Translations under genes and position numbers: made by a program | In this document: positions 1-6,285 of the stretch, piece after piece | Layout of the letters: each line of letters begins with the position of its first letter | How positions within the stretch are numbered: the stretch's first letter is position 1 | Notes under the pieces: generated by a model | Seen by the model: the letters and a program-made list of their open reading frames with translations, nothing else | The model's database searches: none | Told to the model about the DNA's origin: nothing | Virus record (IMG/VR): IMGVR_UViG_3300025770_000870 | Coordinates: 1-64,000 of that record | Reading direction: 5' to 3' (one strand) | Length of the DNA stretch: 64,000 bases

Positions 1-112
1 CACCACCTTTTGTCTCTGTTCTAATCCTTCTATCTATATAGAAAATTCCTTCGTTGGTTTCCACTTTTACAGTTCCACCATCTCTATATACGTCTATGTT
101 ATTTATTATCAT
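1..112 (-). CDS. Array micro-gene, truncated by window edge
   Basis: ATG from the repeat at 110-112; MIINNIDVYRDGGTVKVETNEG... stays open to position 1. Confidence 0.7.
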   Translation of the reverse strand, partial: MIINNIDVYRDGGTVKVETNEGIFYIDRRIRTETKGG

Positions 113-234
113 CTTTGTTTTGGTTTATTGAATTTAGCAAAGTATTCGAATCCCTCTTTTATAGTCTTAAAAAACATTGGTTTATTGAATGGTCCTTTTT
201 TAGGTTTCTCAAATAACTTTTTATTTGCCTTCAT
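109..234 (-). CDS. Array micro-gene, 41 aa, basic
   Basis: Manual translation MKANKK...FNKPKQR*; starts and stops in junction repeats. Confidence 0.65.
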   Translation of the reverse strand: MKANKKLFEKPKKGPFNKPMFFKTIKEGFEYFAKFNKPKQR

Positions 235-400
235 CTTTGTTTTGTTCGTATTCATAAAATTCTTTAATAAAAACTACTACTTCATTGGGTACAGGTATCA
301 TGTCACCATAACTTGTCTGATGCTCCATAAGACCTCTTTCTAGTAGAGAAGATATCCAACCTGAATATTCTTCTGGTATATTTAACGTTAATTTACTCAT
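221..400 (-). CDS. Array micro-gene, 59 aa
   Basis: Manual translation MSKLTLNIPEEYSGW...EQNKDEGK*. Confidence 0.65.
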   Translation of the reverse strand: MSKLTLNIPEEYSGWISSLLERGLMEHQTSYGDMIPVPNEVVVFIKEFYEYEQNKDEGK

Positions 401-642
401 CTTCGTTTTGGTTTAAATTCAATGTACTTATTAAATTGTCTTTTATATTCATCCCACTCTTCACTTGTTGGTGGTGTTTCTCTATCTAACCAACTCTTAA
501 TATCAATCTCTAACTTTAATCTAAGGTTGTTTGTTGCTTTGTCTATTCCTATGTCAATCATCTTTGTTTTGGTTAATTTATTGTATCTTTCGGCAATATC
601 AGACATTACTTCTCCTATATGTTTTGGTTCTCTTTTATTCAT
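397..642 (-). CDS. Array micro-gene; apparent read-through fusion of two units
   Basis: ORF track. Internal repeat at 559 lacks one A and reads LTKTKM. Ends KPKRR. Confidence 0.7.
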   Translation of the reverse strand: MNKREPKHIGEVMSDIAERYNKLTKTKMIDIGIDKATNNLRLKLEIDIKSWLDRETPPTSEEWDEYKRQFNKYIEFKPKRR

Positions 643-779
643 CTTTCGTTTGGTTTAATTTTCTTAAACTTTGCCTTACCATCTTTATCATAACCAATAA
701 ACTTCACATCTGGTATTGTGAAACAAAACTCTTTTATTGGTATGTGTGGTACATATTTGTAACCTTCTTTGCTCATCAT
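639..779 (-). CDS. Array micro-gene, 46 aa
   Basis: Manual translation MMSKEGYKYVPHIP...KIKPNER*. Confidence 0.65.
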   Translation of the reverse strand: MMSKEGYKYVPHIPIKEFCFTIPDVKFIGYDKDGKAKFKKIKPNER

Positions 780-1036
780 CTTTGTTTTGGTTTAATTATA
801 GGATTCGGTTCTTCAAATAAACAGAAACGTTTACATTTCCCACCTTCCACATCGACCATATCAAACCATTGGGATAATGGTCGAGTGTAATAACTACCGA
901 ATTCTTGCGATTGATAGACTACTGTTATTTCGTCATTTACTGTGTTTTTAGCTAAGTGTAAAACTTCATAAGTTCCACCTTTATAGTGTTGGTAGATTCT
1001 ATTAAATTGTGGATATGTTTCTCTTTTATTTTTCAT
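776..1036 (-). CDS. DUF1653-family protein (array unit)
   Basis: YQHYKGGTYEVLHLA...VVYQ...YYTRPLSQW matches the DUF1653 pattern; ends KPKQR. Confidence 0.75.
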   Translation of the reverse strand: MKNKRETYPQFNRIYQHYKGGTYEVLHLAKNTVNDEITVVYQSQEFGSYYTRPLSQWFDMVDVEGGKCKRFCLFEEPNPIIKPKQR

Positions 1037-1172
1037 CTTTGTTTTGGTTTAGTATGTGTCTAATAAAGAAATTAACTCTGTCTTCAATATCTTTATCATT
1101 ATCTCTTGGTTTGAATTTCATTCCATTATCTTCAACCCATTCTTTAATATCACAGGCACATCTTTTATTTCT

Positions 1173-1430
1173 CTACTCATCTTGTTTTGGTTTAAATGTT
1201 TTTATTATTTCACCTCTCTTATCTCCTATACCCATTTGATAGTATTCATAACTTCTCGGTGGTTTTGAAAATACGTGTTCTTCATTAGATTCACAATACT
1301 CCCATTGAGGTCCATCAAAAGTCATATCCATCCAATTTGATATAATATACAAATCAGAGTTGCATATCGGACATTTATCACTTGATAACGTTTTTTCCTC
1401 GTAATGACTTAAATTATCTAACTTACTCAT
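1173..1430 (-). CDS. Array micro-gene with CPIC...C-x4-H putative zinc ribbon
   Basis: ORF track; bounded by repeats. Confidence 0.65.
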   Translation of the reverse strand: MSKLDNLSHYEEKTLSSDKCPICNSDLYIISNWMDMTFDGPQWEYCESNEEHVFSKPPRSYEYYQMGIGDKRGEIIKTFKPKQDE

Positions 1431-1545
1431 CTTTGTTTTGGTTTTTATGTTTAACTTTAGTAGTTCTTTTTGCCAAATATCTATTTAACCATTTATCAGA
1501 CCACCATTTACCCTTAAACTTTTTTATAATGTCTTTTTTACTCAT
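1423..1545 (-). CDS. Array micro-gene, 40 aa, very basic
   Basis: Manual translation MSKKDIIKKFKGKWW...KNQNKDE*. Confidence 0.6.
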   Translation of the reverse strand: MSKKDIIKKFKGKWWSDKWLNRYLAKRTTKVKHKNQNKDE

Positions 1546-1625
1546 CTTCTTTGTTTTGGTTTAATAGCCACATTAAAACGTGGATTAACATTATTTAAAA
1601 ACCATTGAAACGGTTTTTATTTTTG

Positions 1626-1853
1626 TTACCTACAATTAAAAGTTTTTACAACTGTTTTTTTTGGTGGTCTACTATTTGTTTTATCAATTTCAATTAACTT
1701 TTCTGCTTCCTCAATAGTTCTGTATGTATTTATAGGGTATCTTTTTTCATTTTGTATTTGAAACCAAAATGGATAATACCATAGTCGTTTTTGCACTTCA
1801 AAACCACCAAATTTATCTGTTACTATCCTGTATTGTGTTTTACATATTCTCAT
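1626..1853 (-). CDS. Hypothetical phage protein (array)
   Basis: ORF track; YRIV...FEVQKR..FW pattern typical of small phage proteins. Confidence 0.7.
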   Translation of the reverse strand: MRICKTQYRIVTDKFGGFEVQKRLWYYPFWFQIQNEKRYPINTYRTIEEAEKLIEIDKTNSRPPKKTVVKTFNCR

Positions 1854-1899
1854 TATTTCTATATTTTCTTTTACTCATCTTTGTTTTGGTTTAAATATG

Positions 1900-1992
1900 T
1901 TATTTTTGTCTAAATCCAATAACCGTTACAAATATGGCTATGTATATTAATACACAGAATTGTAAATAATCTATTACTTCTTTCTCATTCAT
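1900..1992 (-). CDS. Array micro-gene, 30 aa, single TM
   Basis: MNEKEVIDYLQFCVLIYIAIFVTVIGFRQK*. Confidence 0.55.
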   Translation of the reverse strand: MNEKEVIDYLQFCVLIYIAIFVTVIGFRQK

Positions 1993-2158
1993 CTTCTTTG
2001 TTTTGGTTTAAGAGATCTATTAATTTCTTATCTTTTTTGTTTGGAATGAATTCGTTATTTCTGAATTTGCGTAATTCGTTTCTTCCATACATTTCTAAAA
2101 TATATCCTTCTACTCTTATAACATTAAATTCTTTGTTTGTCTTTATTACTTTACTCAT
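1985..2158 (-). CDS. Array micro-gene, 57 aa
   Basis: Manual translation MSKVIKTNKEF...LNQNKEDE*. Confidence 0.6.
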   Translation of the reverse strand: MSKVIKTNKEFNVIRVEGYILEMYGRNELRKFRNNEFIPNKKDKKLIDLLNQNKEDE

Positions 2159-2170
2159 CTTTGTTTTGGT

Positions 2171-2365
2171 TTAATATCTTAATTTTATTTGGTCATAGTC
2201 AGTATCGTAATACTCACCATTATCTTCTTTGTGTTTTCTTATTAGTTGGTCAAGTAAGATTTCACAAAGTCCCACTTCTGAACAATCACCTTTATCCCAA
2301 CCCATATAATTCTGTTTGGTTATGGTATCACCCATGTCTAATAGTTCTTCTATCTTATCTATCAT
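2171..2365 (-). CDS. Array micro-gene, paralog of 3378..3587
   Basis: Shares MIDKIEELLDMGDTIT...KGDCSEVGLCEILLDQLIRKHKE...IKLRY. Confidence 0.8.
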   Translation of the reverse strand: MIDKIEELLDMGDTITKQNYMGWDKGDCSEVGLCEILLDQLIRKHKEDNGEYYDTDYDQIKLRY

Positions 2366-2571
2366 CGTTCTTTAATTAAATAATCTTTTAACCCTTCTAT
2401 CCAAGTTGGAATCATACTATAATATTGGTGTGACGAAGAACTAAATCTCATATTCCTATTATCTTCATAGTATTGATATTTATCTTTTAGTTCTTGTATT
2501 TTACTTTCAACATCTTCTACGGTTGAAACTTTTATCATACTCACTATTTCTTCCTTAATTAATGTATTCAT
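2362..2571 (-). CDS. Array micro-gene, hypothetical
   Basis: ORF track; ATGA overlap with the next gene. Confidence 0.7.
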   Translation of the reverse strand: MNTLIKEEIVSMIKVSTVEDVESKIQELKDKYQYYEDNRNMRFSSSSHQYYSMIPTWIEGLKDYLIKER

Positions 2572-2827
2572 CTTTGTCTAAATTATCTTGAATATATTCT
2601 CTTATCATTTTAGGTGTTATATTACAACCACCATGTTCAATTTCATATTCACCGAATCCAAGTTCACTAAATTCTACTCTCTTTATAATTTGTTTAGTGC
2701 TGGGGTTATATATTCTCACCTCTGCTTTTTTATCTATATCATGTTCTATGATATATTTCCATTCCACACCTTTTACATTTATATTTCTGAGTTTAAGCAC
2801 TTTAATTCTAAAATTCTTCCGTTTCAT
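2555..2827 (-). CDS. Array micro-gene, hypothetical
   Basis: ORF track. Confidence 0.7.
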   Translation of the reverse strand: MKRKNFRIKVLKLRNINVKGVEWKYIIEHDIDKKAEVRIYNPSTKQIIKRVEFSELGFGEYEIEHGGCNITPKMIREYIQDNLDKDEYIN

Positions 2828-2901
2828 CTCTTTCTAATTTTTCTTCTTTCTTGGGAGTTTAGGTCTTGGTTCCCACTTTATATAGATTATTCCTTCTTTA
2901 C

Positions 2902-3186
2902 TCATCTTTGTTTTGGTTTAACTACCCATTGGTCTCTTGTTTCTTCGTACCTAACATACGTTCCTATATCTGTGTTAGTTATCCAAACCTTTTTTCTAGG
3001 TGTTTCTTTATTTGGCGAAAATAATACTTTATGGAATTGATATACCTTTCCATTAGTTAATGATTCATGGTTTCCTATATACTTTTTATAGATATATGTT
3101 GGATTAGGGTTATCGTCTGATGTTACATATCTAACATGAGGAAACACGAATACTTCTTCTATATTTATTTTATCTTCTTTACTCAT
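2902..3186 (-). CDS. Array micro-gene, hypothetical
   Basis: ORF track; MSKEDKI...KPKQR, repeat to repeat. Confidence 0.75.
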   Translation of the reverse strand: MSKEDKINIEEVFVFPHVRYVTSDDNPNPTYIYKKYIGNHESLTNGKVYQFHKVLFSPNKETPRKKVWITNTDIGTYVRYEETRDQWVVKPKQR

Positions 3187-3365
3187 CTTTGTTTTGGTTT
3201 AATCCATCCATTATTAGATATAGCTATTTTTGCTCCCATCATAAATGCATTCAATGTTGGTATAGTAGGTTCTGCACCAACCAAATCACACCATTGTTCT
3301 GCTATTTCTTTTAGTTCTTTATCTGAACATATAGGAATTAGTGGTAAATAATCAGTTTTCTTCAT
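3183..3365 (-). CDS. Array micro-gene, hypothetical
   Basis: ORF track; ends KPKQR. Confidence 0.75.
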   Translation of the reverse strand: MKKTDYLPLIPICSDKELKEIAEQWCDLVGAEPTIPTLNAFMMGAKIAISNNGWIKPKQR

Positions 3366-3377
3366 CTTTGTTTTGGT

Positions 3378-3587
3378 TTAGTATCTTAATTTAATTTCAT
3401 CATAATCCCTATCATACCACTCTCCATTCTCTTCCTTATGTTTTCTTATCAATTGGTCTAATAGTATTTCACATAAGCCTACTTCTGAACAATCACCCTT
3501 ATTCCAAATGGAAAATTTCCGTTCAGCAGAACAAAGATCAGTTATGGTGTCACCCATGTCTAATAGTTCTTCTATCTTATCTATCAT
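3378..3587 (-). CDS. Array micro-gene, paralog of 2171..2365
   Basis: Near-identical protein; repeat to repeat. Confidence 0.8.
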   Translation of the reverse strand: MIDKIEELLDMGDTITDLCSAERKFSIWNKGDCSEVGLCEILLDQLIRKHKEENGEWYDRDYDEIKLRY

Positions 3588-3599
3588 CTTTGTTTTGGT

Positions 3600-3815
3600 T
3601 TAATCCTTAAATACGGGTGTATAATTTCTATATTTTTTTCTTAGTACATCATAAGACATATCCCAGCCATCTTCTCTGATAACCTTACTGTGTAATATCG
3701 GAGGATGAGAAGAACCTATTTTATCTTCAACCCATTTTAATCTTTTCTTTAGTTCTTGATTTTCATACTCAAGTAACCTTACTCTTTCTTTTAATTCTTT
3801 ATTAAAAATCATCAT
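3600..3815 (-). CDS. Array micro-gene with N-terminal coiled coil
   Basis: ORF track; LKERVRLLEYENQELKKRL. Confidence 0.7.
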   Translation of the reverse strand: MMIFNKELKERVRLLEYENQELKKRLKWVEDKIGSSHPPILHSKVIREDGWDMSYDVLRKKYRNYTPVFKD

Positions 3816-3833
3816 CTTTGTTTTGGTTTATAA

Positions 3834-3929
3834 TTACAGTGAAACTCCTAATGCAAAACCTATTACAAAACCAATACTAATCCCTATTGATAAAGCTACG
3901 TCCATATGTTTACTAGTATATTTACTCAT
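3834..3929 (-). CDS. Array micro-gene, 31 aa, TM with GxxxG repeats
   Basis: MSKYTSKHMDVALSIGISIGFVIGFALGVSL*. Confidence 0.6.
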   Translation of the reverse strand: MSKYTSKHMDVALSIGISIGFVIGFALGVSL

Positions 3930-4147
3930 CTTTGTTTTGGTTTAACATATTTAATGTCTTCCTCATCTTTAATATCCAATACCCATTCCATTAAATCAAT
4001 CATACTGCATTGTTGGTTGAATTGTTCTCTTTTTTCAGATATACCCCACAAACCTTTATATGGTGGATTATTTAAAAAATGAGCTAATTCATCCTTATGT
4101 TTATTCATTTCTATTAACTTGTTATATATTTCTTCTCTACTTCTCAT
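3926..4147 (-). CDS. Array micro-gene, hypothetical
   Basis: ORF track; ends KPKQR. Confidence 0.75.
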   Translation of the reverse strand: MRSREEIYNKLIEMNKHKDELAHFLNNPPYKGLWGISEKREQFNQQCSMIDLMEWVLDIKDEEDIKYVKPKQR

Positions 4148-4418
4148 CTTTATTTTGGTTTATTTTAATAGAATAAATACATAATTCTTTATCCAAAAAT
4201 TCATTCAACTTTTTTTCTATCTTTTCTCTGTCTTTAATAGTATTGTCAACTCCGTTGTTAAAACTTTCCCACATTATCAGTAAGGATTTTATTTCTTCTT
4301 TATTCATATCTTATTTATTTCATTCCACCATATAATCTTTGGTCTAATATACTGTTGATGATGACTCCATTTGGCTTTTATCCTTATTATGTCACTTTCT
4401 GTTTTACTCATCTTTGTT

Positions 4419-4586
4419 TTATTTGTTAAATGAATCTAGATATCTGTTAACTTCTTCTTGGTGATTCGGTCCGAAGAAATCATCATATAGCTTTCTTATC
4501 TCATTAATCTCTTTTTGTAACTTTGCTGCCAATTTAAAGTCTTCGTTCTCTATTGATACTTTAAGTTTTTCTAATAAAATATTCAT
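4419..4586 (-). CDS. Array micro-gene, 55 aa, UVR (UvrB/UvrC) motif-like
   Basis: LKVSIENEDFKLAAKLQKEI resembles the UVR consensus A-x-x-x-EDFE-x-AA-x-LRD-x-I. Confidence 0.55.
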   Translation of the reverse strand: MNILLEKLKVSIENEDFKLAAKLQKEINEIRKLYDDFFGPNHQEEVNRYLDSFNK

Positions 4587-4599
4587 CTTTGTTTTAGTT

Positions 4600-4731
4600 T
4601 TAATAAGCTAATTCTAAAGTAAACTTTAGAAAGTGAAAGCTAAAACATTTATATTCTACGTGTAAATTAAATGTTGGTATCAAATACCAATCATCTTTTG
4701 CCCACCATTCTATATTAATTTCTTTAATCAT
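4600..4731 (-). CDS. Array micro-gene, 43 aa
   Basis: MIKEINIEWWAKDDWYLIPTFNLH...LAY*. Confidence 0.6.
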   Translation of the reverse strand: MIKEINIEWWAKDDWYLIPTFNLHVEYKCFSFHFLKFTLELAY

Positions 4732-5010
4732 CTTTGTTTTGGTTTAAATTTGAGCTCTTCTTCTATTATCTTCACCATTTCATCAAAAGTAACACCCTTT
4801 TCGTCTGCCTGTTGTTTATTAAATCTACTATCACCAAATATAAATTTCTGCTTTATTATGACCCGTTTTATCTGTACCCATTTTTGACATCAATATTAAC
4901 TTTCCACCACCATCAAATGTAATGGTAATTTTATTGTTTTTTGGGCTAGTCTTAATATCCTTTATCGTTTTACCTGAATATTCACCTTCTTTAATCATCT
5001 TTGTTTTGGT

Positions 5011-5229
5011 TTAATCTAAATCTAATTCATTTTTCATAAATGCTTCCCATATCAGTTCACGTAATGCTGTTTCTTGTAATGGTTTTGTACCAGGTTTTGT
5101 ATCAAATGTAGGAAGTACATCAATATCCAATATGGTCTTCAAGTCATCACTGATAGTTACGTGGTATTCTACTCCTTCGTGTACTACTTCTAATATGAAT
5201 CTTGTGTGTATTTTATTTACTTTACTCAT
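5011..5229 (-). CDS. Array micro-gene, hypothetical
   Basis: ORF track; stop is the TAA of the repeat. Confidence 0.75.
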   Translation of the reverse strand: MSKVNKIHTRFILEVVHEGVEYHVTISDDLKTILDIDVLPTFDTKPGTKPLQETALRELIWEAFMKNELDLD

Positions 5230-5401
5230 TGTTGTTTTGGTTTATTAATTCTTCTTTGAATTCTTTCCAATATGTTTGTGTTGAACTATATTGTTTCTCT
5301 AAAATGGTATCATTTACAATTTGTAATGCTTTTTTAAAACCTTCCCTTTGTAACATTATTGAGACTTGGTTTTCCATTGGTGATAATTTTCTTTTACTCA
5401 T
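5222..5401 (-). CDS. Array micro-gene, 59 aa
   Basis: MSKRKLSPMENQ...INQNNNE*. Confidence 0.65.
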   Translation of the reverse strand: MSKRKLSPMENQVSIMLQREGFKKALQIVNDTILEKQYSSTQTYWKEFKEELINQNNNE

Positions 5402-5525
5402 CTTTGTTTTGGTTTTTTCTCATTTGTATTTGAAATATATTACCTAAACAGAATCCTATCATCACACAAAATATCCCAATTGATATTAGTTGGGGGAATG
5501 TATATAAATCTATTTCACTCATCAT
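5394..5525 (-). CDS. Array micro-gene, 43 aa, single TM
   Basis: MMSEIDLYTFPQLISIGIFCVMIGFCLGNIFQIQMRKNQNKDE*. Confidence 0.6.
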   Translation of the reverse strand: MMSEIDLYTFPQLISIGIFCVMIGFCLGNIFQIQMRKNQNKDE

Positions 5526-5541
5526 CTTTGTTTTAGTTTAA

Positions 5542-5907
5542 TTAATCCCACCATCCTTGGATATTATGTTCAATATACTTCCATAGTAATTGGTGAGCTC
5601 TTTCTTGTTTTTCAATTGCTTCCTTTATGGTAAGTTTTCCTTTATAAAAATCTTCCATATACTCTTCATCATATACTTTATCCATCAATCTAATTGCAGT
5701 ACGAATCTTTTGAGCATGTATATTAGAATCAACAGTATATGATTTATCTGACTCTAATAAATCAGCAGTACGTTCTAATTGATATCTGAATAGTTCTATT
5801 GCATGAACATAATCAAAATCATATCCTTTCCAAATAATAGGTAGGAAATCCCATACACGTTTTAAGCGTCTAAAGAACCATGTTATGTTATTATAAATCT
5901 TCTTCAT
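5542..5907 (-). CDS. Hypothetical phage protein
   Basis: ORF track; WDFLPIIWK..DFDY...GWWD terminus typical of phage hypotheticals. Confidence 0.8.
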   Translation of the reverse strand: MKKIYNNITWFFRRLKRVWDFLPIIWKGYDFDYVHAIELFRYQLERTADLLESDKSYTVDSNIHAQKIRTAIRLMDKVYDEEYMEDFYKGKLTIKEAIEKQERAHQLLWKYIEHNIQGWWD

Positions 5908-6146
5908 CTTTTATACTTTCTTATCAGTTTGAAAATTTCTGTTATATCAGTAAACTGTATTTCTTGTCCTTGTTTAATCGGTGTAAATGCTACTGTGAAT
6001 CCATGATTAGCTTGAAATGTCTCAGTAACACTTTTACCATTTATGCGTTCTATGTAAATCCAAGGGTAGTTACCACTAAGCTTTACTTCTACACCTATCT
6101 TTTGTAGTCTTCCTATAAATACTGTTATTTTATCTTCTTTAATCAT
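5904..6146 (-). CDS. First gene of the array, hypothetical
   Basis: ORF track; GNYPWIY. Confidence 0.75.
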   Translation of the reverse strand: MIKEDKITVFIGRLQKIGVEVKLSGNYPWIYIERINGKSVTETFQANHGFTVAFTPIKQGQEIQFTDITEIFKLIRKYKR

Positions 6147-6195
6147 CTTTGTTTTAATTTCAGTAGTATTTCTTATTAAAATTCATCAATATCCA

Positions 6196-6228
6196 TAAAT
6201 ATACGGATATTATATTGGTTATACAAAA
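6196..6228 (-). promoter_or_regulatory. Putative early promoter driving the micro-gene array (Bacteroidota sigma70-like)
   Basis: Minus strand TTTGTATAACCAATATAATATCCGTATATTTA: TTTG (-33) and a TAnnTTTG-like (-7) box. The same 20-mer core recurs at 9938-9957. Confidence 0.6.
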
Positions 6229-6285
6229 ATATGTGATTAATTCTGTATAGTTTCTCCTCATTTCATATTTTATATATATGAAAAG

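Larger units (their letters stand above)
110..6161 (-). repeat. Dispersed direct-repeat array: junction element TAAACCAAAACAAAGATG (+ strand CATCTTTGTTTTGGTTTA) separating micro-ORFs
   Basis: Exact 18-mers start at 110, 777, 1034, 1876, 2156, 2903, 3184, 3363, 3585, 3813, 3927, 4729, 4996. Variant or partial copies at 232, 398, 559, 640, 1178, 1428, 1543, 1990, 2569, 4145, 4409, 4584, 5227, 5399, 5523, 6144. Each ends in the ATG of a minus-strand ORF. Confidence 0.97.

Noticed and set aside
128-6107. Plus-strand ORFs over the array (e.g. 422..658, 531..890, 2588..3040)
   Set aside because: Antisense shadows of the minus-strand genes; the SSLFWF and HLCFGL peptides are just the reverse repeat.
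110-6161. CRISPR array
   Set aside because: The repeat is only about 18 nt, the intervening units are long, variable and protein-coding, and there are no cas genes in the window.
110-6161. Classical integron with attC sites
   Set aside because: No inverted R/L boxes or hairpin in the repeat, and no tyrosine integrase in the window.
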